A stretch of 64,000 bases of DNA from Eledone cirrhosa. Its lineage: Eukaryota. The stretch covers positions 206,274,001 to 206,338,000 of the forward strand of contig OZ024741.1 of NCBI GenBank assembly GCA_964016885.1. Direction: 5' to 3'. The position numbers and the translations under genes were made by a program. Below the pieces are notes generated by a model. It was not told the DNA's origin. It saw nothing but the letters and a program-made list of their open reading frames with translations, and made no database searches. Every line of letters starts with the position of its first letter. Position 1 is the first letter of the stretch. Shown one piece after another: positions 12,670-25,905 of this stretch.

Positions 12670-12826
12670 CAACAGAAAGCCGCACTCGAAATATCCCTTT
12701 AATGTTGCAAAAATCGCAATACTTGCTTCTATGGCCTGGTTACATCATGGCGTAACCAGACCATAGAAACAAGTATTGAGATTTTGTAACATTAAAGGAG
12801 TATTTCGAGTACGGCTTTCTATTGTC
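12670..12826. repeat. Imperfect ~75-bp-arm palindrome next to (TA)n
   Basis: AACAGAAAGCCGCACTCGAAATA..TGGTTAC pairs with GTAACCAG..TATTTCGAGTACGGCTTTCTATTGT. Confidence 0.85.
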
Positions 12827-13263
12827 ATTCATATATATATATATACATATATGTGTGTGTGTGTGTATTTGGGATGGAAACTCATGTATATATATAGAGC
12901 CACCTTTTTAACATAAAAACAGTCTTGGCGCAAAATCAATTTTTTACATTCACATGACCTCTACCGACCAATCAAAATTGTTTTGACCACAAGAATTTTT
13001 GCAACACCAAAGTAACGCTGGAGCCACTTTTTTAACATAAAAACAGGTAGAATTCCCAAAACTAATCAGATCAGAGCAAACAGCACGGACACTCTATCTC
13101 AAAATTATTTTTGAAAAGTATTTAGAAATGCGCAACCGGTAAAAACTTAAAAACTTAAAACCACAACTGAATACTAACCCATACAATCACTAATACTCTT
13201 TTATTCCTAATTAAAACAATTTTTCAACTGTGAACAATTTGTCAGCATTTTCTATTCCGTTTA

Positions 13264-13407
<144 letters not shown>

Positions 13408-13421
13408 CATACACATACATA

Positions 13422-14278
13422 TCTATATATATAAAACTAAAGATGTCTGTCTGTGTGTGTGTGAGTTTGAACTCCTAAAACTAGAGAAGCACCCAACCGA
13501 CTGTTTTCTAACTTTACACATATAATACTTGTTTCAGGAAATGTTCTGAGCAAAACAAATTTCAAATTTTCAATGCCCTAGGGACGGCATTAGGCGATTT
13601 AGCGATCTCTCTCTATAATTCTTAGTCGTTCTCTTTTTATATAGATGCATACATATAACGTCGCGCCCTTATAATATCTGTCTGTGTGTCTGGCTGTCTG
13701 CATTACGTCACTTCCCTGAGGATGTCTGTGTGTGTGTGTGTCTGTGAGTTTGAATCCCTAAAACACTCGAAGTACCCAACCGATTTTTTTCAAACTTTAC
13801 ATGTTTACTTATGTTTCAGGGAGTGTTATCCATATAAAAAATTCAACTCTTTGATCCCTTAGGACCCGCATTAGTTGAAAAACTGCGTTTTTTCAGGTTT
13901 TAGGGTTTTTTTGAAATTGTAACTATATATTAGTCAGTCTCTTCTTCATGCCGTGAGCAAAGAAAATCCAACTTTTCATTAGGTGAAAAACTTCATTTTT
14001 TTTTCAGGCGTTTAGGTTTTTTTTTGAGACATTACGTCTAGCCGATTTTCCCGAAATTTCAAGGCATATTATGCACATAAAAAAAATTCATTTTCTTGAT
14101 CCCGCATTAGGTGAAAACTTGCAGTTTTCCTGCTTCATCGAGGAAAATCTTAAAGATTAGAGTATTCGGTTTATTTTCTTTACATATTTTCCAGGCATGC
14201 AGTTTTTCCACGATTAAGTCTGTTGGCGGCCCGCGTTTCAAAATACCTTATCCCGTGCAACGCCGGGTACCACTGCTA

Positions 14279-14279
<1 letters not shown>
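13422..14279 (+). mobile_element. Non-autonomous Helitron
   Basis: 5' TCTATATATATAAAA, 3' hairpin CCCGTGCAACGCCGGG followed by CTAG, an internal duplicated ~150-bp block, and insertion in a (TA)-rich tract. Confidence 0.75.
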
Positions 14280-14325
<46 letters not shown>

Positions 14326-14955
14326 TATACAGATGCGTTTCCATGCCGAAATTTCAAATAAATCCTCTCTTTTTACTTCACTCATGACTGAATAATTCTG
14401 ACCGTAATGTAACAGCATGACTTAGGAATTCCATTGTCTGGATATGTATGTGTATATGTGTGCGTGTGATTGCGTATTATGCTTGATGATGATGAGTATA
14501 TAGGATATGTGTATTTATATATAAGTGTATGTGTATGCTGTATGTGTATGTGTATTTGTGTATGTGAGTGTATGTGAGTGTATGTGTGTATGTATATATG
14601 AATTCTTGAATAAATATAAAAACATGCAGACCATTTGCCCAGTCACAAATCTTAAAATGCTATTTCCTCTTTCATTTCTATACTGCTTCACCACTACCTT
14701 CCTCACTACCTTCCCTATTCATAAATATGCATGTTTTTAATATGTGTGCCTGTATCTGATTTTGTATATGTGCCTCTACGTTTGCATGCGGAAGTCATTG
14801 TATGTATGTATAAACGTATGTGTGTATGAATATATGTGTGTGTATAAATTTTAAAGTTACATCTGAAGTTATGTATAAATATACAAACACGCATACACAC
14901 ACACGCAAACACACACACAAAAGCATGCGCACCCACAAAGTCACACATTTACAAT

Positions 14956-14987
<32 letters not shown>

Positions 14988-15249
14988 CTTTAAATTTATA
15001 CCTAATTGTGTATGGTTGACGGTATATTTGGTCAGTTTCTACATGCTGTTGAAATGTTGGGTAAATACTCTATTGTGGTCAACCACGAAGAGGCTGCTTT
15101 CGGTTATTTATCTAATATCACAGGAGCCTTTATTCTTATAGCCTGGTCTAATTGATTTTTTGTATGGTTAATTATGCTAACTGGGAGAGGAAATTGTATA
15201 TATTTTATCTAATAATTCTAAGGACATAATTTATGATATATATATATGC

Positions 15250-15339
<90 letters not shown>

Positions 15340-15599
15340 GCGTGAGTGTGTGCCGAGAAAGAGAAAGAGAACGAGAATGAGAGAGAGAAAGAGAGAAAGA
15401 AAGAGAGAGAGACATTCCTAAAGGAAACTCAGAAGTTAGTTGATATATTTTTGTAGAAAAAAACAATCGCGTTTTCTGTTGAAATAAAATTTATTATTTA
15501 TTATTGAGAATTTTATATGAAAATATATAGGTAAACGGAATACAATTTTGAACACTGATTTGTAATTAACTTGTAGGTCTTGCAGATTTGAATCATAAT

Positions 15600-15795
15600 G
15601 TTAATAATTGTTTCTACTTTTGGCAAAATGCCAGCAATTACCCAGTTCATTACTGGTACTTTATTTTATCGACCCGTTAAGGATGAAAGGCAAAGTTAAC
15701 CTCGACGGGATTTGAACTCAAACCGTAAAGGGACGTAACTATGCTGGAAAGCATGGCATCCGACCCTCTACCGATAATGCCAATTCACCGTCCAA
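15600..15795 (-). mobile_element. tRNA-derived SINE (major family in this window)
   Basis: Reverse complement carries a B-box-like GAGTTCAAATCCC and the central GCCTTTCATCCTT..GGGTCGATAAAATAAAGTACCAG domain. Confidence 0.85.
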
Positions 15796-15982
15796 TGTAA
15801 ATAATATCTTGTTTTTGTAATATGTTAATGCGTATCATTGTGGTTAAGTGTGACAAATAAATATTTCGTGATCGAAAAAATATTTCACTCAATTTTTACG
15901 ACATTGCTCAAATCAGGAGATTGAACCAATTGAAACAATGTTAAAATTTCCTTAGTTGAGAATAACCAGTTGTTGTTTAACC

Positions 15983-16278
15983 CGGGTGGCTTAATAGTTA
16001 AGGTGTTCAGTTCATGATCGTAAATGAGTGAGTTAAATTTCCAGTGGCGCTGCTCAGTGTCCTTGAGCAAGACACTTTATTTTACATTTTTCCAGTCTAC
16101 TTAGTTGGCTCAAATTAGTCGTATTTGTACTTCAAAACACCAATCATATTAGACTGAATCTGTCTGACAACTCAGTTAAGAGTGCATGTGTCTATGAAGT
16201 GCTCAGCCACTTGGACGTTAATTTAATGTTTCCTATTCAAACGACTGGAACAATCGCCGTCGGAACCAACTGAGTTCC
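15983..16278 (+). mobile_element. Second tRNA-derived SINE family (CORE-like)
   Basis: tRNA-like head and GTGTCCTTGAGCAAGACACTTTATTT. Homologues at 35978-36298(-), 44810-45110(-) and 55108-55360(+). Confidence 0.7.
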
Positions 16279-16302
16279 TAAACAAACACACAAACACGCA
16301 CG

Positions 16303-16378
<76 letters not shown>

Positions 16379-17327
16379 AATATATATATATATAAAAACA
16401 CACACGCTCATCCACACATATATAAAAACACACGCTCATCCACACACATACCCACAACCACTCATGCATATATGTTACCTTCCCGATTTGTGGTACATTG
16501 TCGGTTAAATGGACTGTCTTGTTTGAGGGATTATAATTTACTTGTTCCCCACGTGATTTGACTGAGGCTTATAATGGAGGGTTAAAGCGATTCTAGTACA
16601 AGCCTGATACTACTATGTTTTACGACGCTAGAAGGATGAATATGAATATATTAATGTTCCCAAAGGGAATAGAATAGTAGGTGCTTTTTTTTACTATTCC
16701 AATAACTCTTACATGATTTAATTGTCTTTATAAATTTTTGTTCCTGTGTTACTGTATTAATGATCACCAGAACCAGTTGCAAAGCAATTGGTAACTATCT
16801 CGGGGCACTTAGTTTTGTTATTAATATTCTGCGATCGATAACACGAGTACTAGACAAGTGCTGAGGCTCTTTTAATTAACTGGTACATTTCTGAAAATTT
16901 ATAGCCATATACCAAACTAAAGATCAATATAATTTAGTGCTACTTTCATTATAAAGAATGAAAAGACGAACACCTTTTTCTGGTGGGGCAAATCTAAACC
17001 TTGAGGCCACTATCTCGTATGTTCTCATCAGTCGTGGTGTGATTCTATTGAATTTTATATTTAATATCCTCACATATCTGTGACAAGTGAGAGGGAAGCA
17101 AATCTAACACATACGAGTAGATAACCTTTGCAACAATTTGGGGATCCTTTTCGTCAAACATTACAAGTAATTACTTTCTGTCAGTCACATATGTTCCTAG
17201 TGATAAATTTGTCTTTCCACTAACATTTACAATGACAATTTAGTGGTGTCTGCACACCGATATTAACATTTTATAAACTATTCAGACCGTCTTTAGATTA
17301 TAAATAAATAAATAAATAAATAAATAA

Positions 17328-17423
<96 letters not shown>

Positions 17424-17424
17424 C

Positions 17425-17460
<36 letters not shown>

Positions 17461-17474
17461 AAGAGAGAGAGAAC

Positions 17475-18600
17475 AAAAACAAAGAGCGCTTACATCATCA
17501 ATTAATCTTTATTTGCTGACAGTGTTTCGTTCTTGCATAATTGCAGAACTCATCAGAGCGTTATAAAGAGGAATGAGATCAATAGTATAAACTCTACCGA
17601 CCTATATCACAAGAACGATCCATATGTAGCACAGAGGACAAAGAAGAGTGGGGTGCTTGGACGACGCGTCAACGCGAGAAGCCGATACACATAAGACCTA
17701 AATCAGTTACAATAATTAAAGAAAAATAAGGAAAATTAAGGACAAATAAAAGATAAGGAAATTAAAGATAAGAGATAAAACGTAAAGGATAGAGTCTAGA
17801 AGTAAGGATAAAATAAAGATAACAATAAAGTGATGATAATATAAGGAAATATAAAAAAATAATAACAAATAATAAAAATAAAAGCAAAAATAAAAAATAG
17901 AATAAAAAATACACACACACACGCAAACGTTATGTTCTACTGATATATATATGATTGCTTTCATCTGCCTCCGCTACACTTTGCTTTAGCGATCTGTATG
18001 TTCTGTGAACCACACAGATAAATTGCATTTGAACGCCACCTATAACACTTGTTGCCATACTGTGATGGATACATGGAATTCCACCATATGATCGCTTCAT
18101 CTGGCTCCCACTATATCTGACTCTGCTTACATTCACTTTGGTTGATACCATTCTTAAACTGTCACCTCTGGAATCCTCTACTGTCTACAACCATATTTAC
18201 TTGCATTTATTTGCATTGCTTATATAATGGGTTACCTTTTATGTTTCATTTTTATTTTTATTTTTATCACCTATTTTTTATTCTAATGTTTATTTTTGTT
18301 TTTATTTTTATTATTTGTTATTATTTTTTTATATTTTCTTTATTTTATTTTATCCTTACTTCAAGACTCTATCCTTTACGTTTTATCTCTTATCTTTAAT
18401 TTCCTTATCTTTAATTATTGATTTAGGTCTTATGTGTATCGGCTTCTAGCGGTGACGCGTCGTCCAAGCACCCCACTCTTCTTAGTCCTCTGTGCTACAT
18501 ATGGATCGTTCTTGTGATATAGGTCGGTAGAGTTTATACTATTGATCTAATTCACCTTTATAGCGCTCTGATGAGTCCTGAAATTATGTTCTGTTGTCTA
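17475..18600. mobile_element. Truncated PLE with inverted terminal repeats (arms ~17536-17905 and ~18270-18588)
   Basis: Long inverted repeat containing the HHR, flanked by TA-rich microsatellites. The spacer has a weak GIY-YIG-like remnant. Confidence 0.65.
17515..17559 (-). ncRNA. Type I hammerhead ribozyme in a PLE terminal repeat
   Basis: Minus strand reads GCT-CTGATGA-GTTCTGCAATTATGCAAGAAC-GAAAC-ACT-GTC^AGC. Confidence 0.7.
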
Positions 18601-18603
18601 AAC

Positions 18604-18641
<38 letters not shown>

Positions 18642-18764
18642 CTTATAGCTTGGTCTAATTGATTTTTTATGTGGTTAATTATGCTAATTGGGAGAGGAAA
18701 TGGTGTATATATTTTATCAAATGATTCTATGGACATACTTTATGATATATATATATATATATAA

Positions 18765-18823
<59 letters not shown>

Positions 18824-19680
18824 ATTTGAAAAGATAACAAGGATGGTTGGTTACTCCTTCATTATATGTATTGGTTGGTGACGCGCGTTTCGCCACTGAT
18901 CAGCTCAAGGTTCGATCTGTATCGATCTTACCCGACTCTGTAATCTGCAACTCGACAACCATCAATATAATGCACTCTCTATAGCACCTCCACACAGAAG
19001 TGAACCTAAACATCGAGAGCTCAATCGGGTGAACCTACAGTAACTCCAAGTTACACTCCCTATATATATATATAGGGAGTGTAACTTGCTGTTGTTGTTA
19101 GATGGTGTGTAGCTAATCCTTTTTCTTATATGAATTAAATACCATCCATTATTTCTCTCCCACCTACCTCACCACCCTGAATTACCTCCCCCTGCATATT
19201 AACTCTCTAAAAACGGAAATCATATCAAACCCCAGACTACCATTTGCCTCCATCATGGATCAACTAACCACTCTTGCTATATTAACACATTTTTATCTGC
19301 TTATCTTCAAGAACTATGCCTGTAAATAATATTTTTTCTTTCACATTGCCCTATTATGTTCCACATTACGCCCCTTTTTTCTTTCTTTTCTTTTCTCACT
19401 TCATAAACCTTGTTTGTAAATAACATTATTCTTTCTTCACCATTTCCTTAACATGTTCAACACCACCATTTTACACCAATACATCATTATCATTTGATAA
19501 TGCATAAAAATGCTGAAACCGGTAATAGACAATTATTAAATATATAAATAAATAAATAAATGCCATTGTTAATTAATAAATAAATTAACTAATACCATAA
19601 CACTTCACACAAAGTAAAATATTTTGTTTTAATCATTTTCTAACCCAGAAAAAAGAGAAGAAAATACTTTACACACACAG

Positions 19681-19740
<60 letters not shown>

Positions 19741-19744
<4 letters not shown>

Positions 19745-19934
19745 CAATGTGGAGAAGGAGCACACGAGTTAGGATATATATATATATGAAAACAGGGAGA
19801 AAAGACGATTATTAGGAAGAAGAATATATTTTTTTACTTTTGTAAAAAAATATATTCTTCTTCCTAGTAATCGTCTTTTCTCCCTGTTTTCATATATATA
19901 TATATCCTAACTCGTGTGCTCCTTCTCCACATTT

Positions 19935-19940
<6 letters not shown>
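19741..19940. repeat. Near-perfect ~100-bp-arm palindrome between two (TA)n tracts
   Basis: AATGTGGAGAAGGAGCACACGAGTTAGG..TTTTTTTAC pairs with GTAAAAAAA..CCTAACTCGTGTGCTCCTTCTCCACATT. Confidence 0.95.
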
Positions 19941-19988
<48 letters not shown>

Positions 19989-22665
19989 CTGTGTGTGTTA
20001 TCGCACCCCCAGACTTACGTCTAATCGGTACGCTATAACTTATTGTATTCTATTTTCTCCTTGGTTACTCACTTACATTTTCCACTGTCCTCCCCTCCAC
20101 TATCTGGTCTGTTTACCTGTTTTATCTCCTTCTTCCTCTTTCTTCACTACCTTTCCCCCTTTCTTCTTTTTTCTTTTCTTTGCCTCCTAGTCTTTTGATC
20201 GCTTTTAGATGTCCTGATCTCGGTTTTTCAGCTGATGAAGGATTCTTTTCTTCTTTCGTTCCGTCCATACTACCATTTTAAAATTTGTTTACTGTAACAA
20301 TTGGCATATTCTATACATGATTCCTCTTAATATGAATCCTCTGTTCAGTAGAAGTGTTGCGCGAATATCAAATAATTTGAACATTCCTACAGAGAAAATT
20401 TCACCTTTCCACAAACAATCTATAAACACTAGCAAACCGCAAGGAATCAAGTCTTATGCTCTAATAATTCTTTTGAACAATTTCCCCAAAAGATGAAAAA
20501 TAAAGTTGAGCTCGGTGGGATTTGAATTCAGAGTGTAGGGAGCCAGACAAATAACACCAATATTAAATCTGACACACCAACGGCTCTGCCAATTGGTCTC
20601 TTCTATGGTATAATTGTAATTAAGTTATATTATCACGCTTTCAAACATTGAGCAATACAGTTGACATGCCCAAAAGTCAGAAAAATTGACTGTGAAACAG
20701 GTGAGTGTTTGTGTCTGTGTGAAGGAGAAAAAGCGGGAAAGGCAGATTGAAATAGAATGAGAGAAATAAAGAGAAACAAAGATATTCAAATTATAAGCCC
20801 AGTCATCAATTTTACATTCATCAATTACACTACCCCTCAACTTTAAAGCTATTTCAGTTCAGCTAGTTATTGGAACTTAAGTCATTGATCATAGATGAAA
20901 TATAATGGTCATTCACTGAACCGTCTATCCCAGAGATGGGGAACCTGTAGCCTTAATGTCGTATGCGATCTTCTATGCCATTCTGTGCGACCTTTTTACT
21001 TTATGTATTTGTGTCTCTTAAATCGCTTATTGCTGCGAATCTACATTCTCCTACATAACCAAAAACAAGACGCCGTAAAGATTACAAATGGGGGATGCCT
21101 ATTTCGAGGTTCAGTTGAAATTTCGGATTTCCATATTGCAACCAAATATCAAAATGCTTTCCTAGAATAAGCTGTAACAATATTAGTCATTGAAAGGCAG
21201 TTAGCTTTAAAATTATATATTTTTGGTTTTTTAGATAATTAGTATAAAGTAATTAGATTTTTTACAAAATAATGTAAATTTTAATAATATATAATTATGG
21301 TTTCTTGAATATGGCCTTATTATATTACAAGTAACGTAATGCGGCCTTTCAACACGAAAAGATTCCACACCTCTGGTCTACCCATTTAAATATCAAGAAA
21401 TGATATATTTTTTATAAAATAGAAAATCCTCTTTATTTTAAAGATTTTTCATCGTGCCTTACACAACTCTTCGTTCTGAGTCCAAATTTCTCTGTAGATG
21501 TTGGTGGCTAATCAATCACCTGATTACGGGATCGCCCCGTTTAGCCCACACATAGTCAGCATGGACTGGCAGACTTAGAAAAGCAGAGTTGCTGAAGCTT
21601 CTTCAAGAGCTGAGTTCATCAACATATCATTTCTGTTATGTACTAAATTGTCGAAACGCAATGTTACGAAATATAAACATAGACACAAGCCTAAATACGG
21701 ACACATAAATGCTCCCCTCTCTTTCTCTCTCTCTATCTCTCTCTATGCATATATATAGTACCCCCACCCCCCCTCCCCTAGTCTTTGATAGATTTGGCGG
21801 ACTCCGCCCTTTATAGCAGCTGGCTTAGACCCCGGATACTTTCCCCCTTTTTCCGACCGCTCCCACTATTCTCTGTGCCCTCTATATTTCTTAGTGGCAC
21901 ATGCCTTATTTTTTCGTTTCAGTATTTCTTGCTTCGCTTTTCTTCTGGGCGGGGTGGATTCTGAATTTATTTCTCCGTATTCTACCTTTATTTCGTACGA
22001 ACTTTCATGTAGCTTGTTTTAGATCTTTTAGAGTTAGCATTAGTATATATTTTTCTCGGGACTCAGAATTATTATCTCGTACAAGTTCACTTTGCTGCAC
22101 TGGGTCGTTGCTGGCCCGGGATGGAAACCTTTATTGTTTATTTCGTGGTAGTCTCTTTAGTATTTTGGCCCCTTTTGTTGACCCGTCACCGTATCATTTA
22201 CGTACTTATACCTCTTAAAAGGGTCCTTGCCTTATTCGTCCCACCTAGTTCTCTTACTTATTTCCTTATTTATTCATTTATTTATTTTTTTACTTCTTTC
22301 TTTCTTTCTTTATTTTATTCTCGCCTAACAATAGCCTGACACCTAGGTCGTAGAATTTAATTTACTTTACTTTTCTTTACACTTATTTGCCTTTCTTCAC
22401 TCTCAGTATTTTTTTTTTTTTTTTCTTTCCTATTTCTACCCCCCATTGTTCTACCTACCGTTCCGACTTCCTCCCCCTCCCCCTCCCCTGTATCTTCTTT
22501 GACCTCATGCCCAGCTGTAGCTGGCACTACCAACGCTTGATTGGGTCTACTCCACCCCCTCCCCTCTTTCTCCTACTGGCAGGTTTAGCCACCATCTCCC
22601 CTACTAATTTGCAACCACAGAATTACTACTGATTTTTGACAATCACTTTGACCATATATGGAATT

Positions 22666-22852
22666 ACCCCTTGAGAAGATCGGCTATTTAAATACCAGGA
22701 TAAATTTTCATTTAGTCCAGAATTAGCCGTCGAAACGGCTTGAGCTCAGCTGTCGGGGTCTTACTGGTTCCTATTACCCACTCTACTACCTCAAGTATTG
22801 AGTACTTTGGTGCGTTATGGTCCACCTGGTTCCTTACCACATTTCCTTCGTT
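22666..22852 (+). ncRNA. HHR family B (degenerate core) and PLE-like terminal segment ending at (TA)n
   Basis: ACCCC-TTGAGAA-GATCGGCTA..loop..TAGCCGTC-GAA-ACGGC TTGAGCTCA GCTGT-C^GGGGT. All three stems are present but the CUGANGA box is mutated. Confidence 0.65.
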
Positions 22853-22870
22853 ATATATATATATATATAT

Positions 22871-24226
<1,356 letters not shown>

Positions 24227-25498
24227 CAGTAGTTAAGCAAATCAAGACCACAACATTAACTGCAGTTTAATATAAAAAAGGGGGTAATAATGTCAGTTTA
24301 CAATTGTTTCACTACTCCATATAATGTTTCTGTATCAATTGATTGTAATATCGTTATTGATTTGGTGCAGAGAAAGATAATTAACATAGAATAATATTAT
24401 GGAGCAGCTCCTCAGAACTTGAAGTTAGATAATGAAAATATTAATATGTATGAAGTAGAAATAAAATAAAATAAAATAACAGGGTTACGTGTCCATGAAT
24501 AATCGTCGGATTAGCAGGTCTCTAGATGGTGTCCCTTGGCACTGGAAAATTCAAGTGTATGTTATAAAGAATCGCTACATATATGTCGAGGCTGAAAGTA
24601 AACAATGCCGCCAAACTCACAACAAGATGGCTTCTTGTAGGGAAATTACCTTATTGTACAGAGATGGGTTTCAATGGAGCAACTCCTTGAAGATCCAAAT
24701 GCGACAATGAGAGTTGTAACTAAGATAATGTCAAAGCGGTAGCTTATAGGTAAAGTTATAATGAGATATCTGACTAAGATAATGCGGGGGAGGAAACTTA
24801 TAGATGTTTACGTGGTGGACTAAATATGTTATAGTTTGTTAGTTATAGGGAGGAGCGTGATTAAATGATAGGCTAAGGTGGGACAAATATTCTGTTAGCG
24901 AAGGAGCTCGCTCTGCGGTGGTGGCAGTTGGTTACTAACTCATTCCTGTCATTTATGGGGGTGGAGGCCTTGACAGAGTTATGTAATAGGCCTCAGTGTG
25001 ACAGAGATCGCAACAATTTCTTCTCCCGTTAAACGCTGGAGATCTAGCCAAGATAGCCCAAGTTAGTGAGTGTTCAATGTTGGCCAGTTTAAGGTTTTTA
25101 ACGAGCCTAGCTAGAGAAGTAGAGCATCTATGGCCAGGGTCGCGGAAGGAAAATGAGGGCGCGTTATAACGAACCTTAAATGGGTTAGATGTAGAGTCAA
25201 TATATGAGCTAGTAGATGAGGCCGTTCTAACCCTGCACCTATATACGATATTGAGGTAAGGCACTGCCCGTTAAGCGGGCATGTAGTGGGGTTACGGCAG
25301 TTGCAATTAGGATTGCGATTAGTGGGACCAGGGTTGTTTAAGCTGTGCTGCTGGTGTGTACTAAAGGGATTGGAGCGGGGTTCTGCTACTAGGATGAGTA
25401 TTGGTGTAGTTGTATGGTGTACTTATAGGAGGTGGTGGTGCCGCAGGGGGGAGTTATATTTTTTTAGTTTATGATGGTTGCTAAATGCGATGTGGCTA
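24227..25498 (-). mobile_element. PLE 3' portion: Cys-rich linker, GIY-YIG endonuclease and HHR-bearing terminal repeat
   Basis: CNCRNPTTCPLNGQC precedes ORF 24953-25264 (NIVYRC..YIDST..FKVRY..CDLCHTEA). HHR at 24295-24419. Ends at (TA)n. Confidence 0.85.
24295..24419 (-). ncRNA. Type I hammerhead ribozyme with extended stem II
   Basis: Minus strand reads AGTT-CTGAGGA-GCTGCTCCATA..long loop..TATGGAGTAGT-GAA-ACAATTGT-A^AACT. Confidence 0.75.
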
Positions 25499-25499
25499 G

Positions 25500-25905
25500 C
25501 TAAGTTCGGTGTGGTGGAGAAGAAGATTTTTCTACTAGAAACATAGTATATAGCATAAGGTGTACTGAGGGACAATGTAAAGATAAGAATATAATGTACA
25601 TAGGTGAGACAGCTCGTAGTATAGGAGAACGATTAAATGAACACTGGCGAGAGCTCCAAGATAGAAAAGACTCCACCAACATGCTAAAATAGGACATAAG
25701 GGCAAATTAAAGAACATAGAAATAAAAATAAAATCTACACACAGAAAAGACGCAATGTTTAGACAAATCACAGAGGCAATACACATAAATTAACTCCAAC
25801 CAAAATTAAATAGAAAACATGAATGGAATAGTAACATCACAACTTACAATTAAGGTCAAAATGAAAACACACACACATAGAACAAACAACCAACTAGTAA
25901 CATGT
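25500..25905 (+). mobile_element. PLE GIY-YIG endonuclease fragment (continues at 30714-31048 after the Gypsy insertion)
   Basis: Manual translation STRNIVYSIRCTEGQCKDKNIMYIGETARSIGERLNEH..RQITEAIHI..PKLN shows the GIY/YIG motifs. Confidence 0.85.

Noticed and set aside
20229-20250. CTGATGA motif (also at 36051, 45803 and 58428)
   Set aside because: No matching stem II, GAAA and stem I could be found, so these are not called as ribozymes.
21780-22660. ORFs upstream of the family B HHR as a possible PLE coding region
   Set aside because: Low-complexity and pyrimidine-rich, with no convincing RT or GIY-YIG motif.
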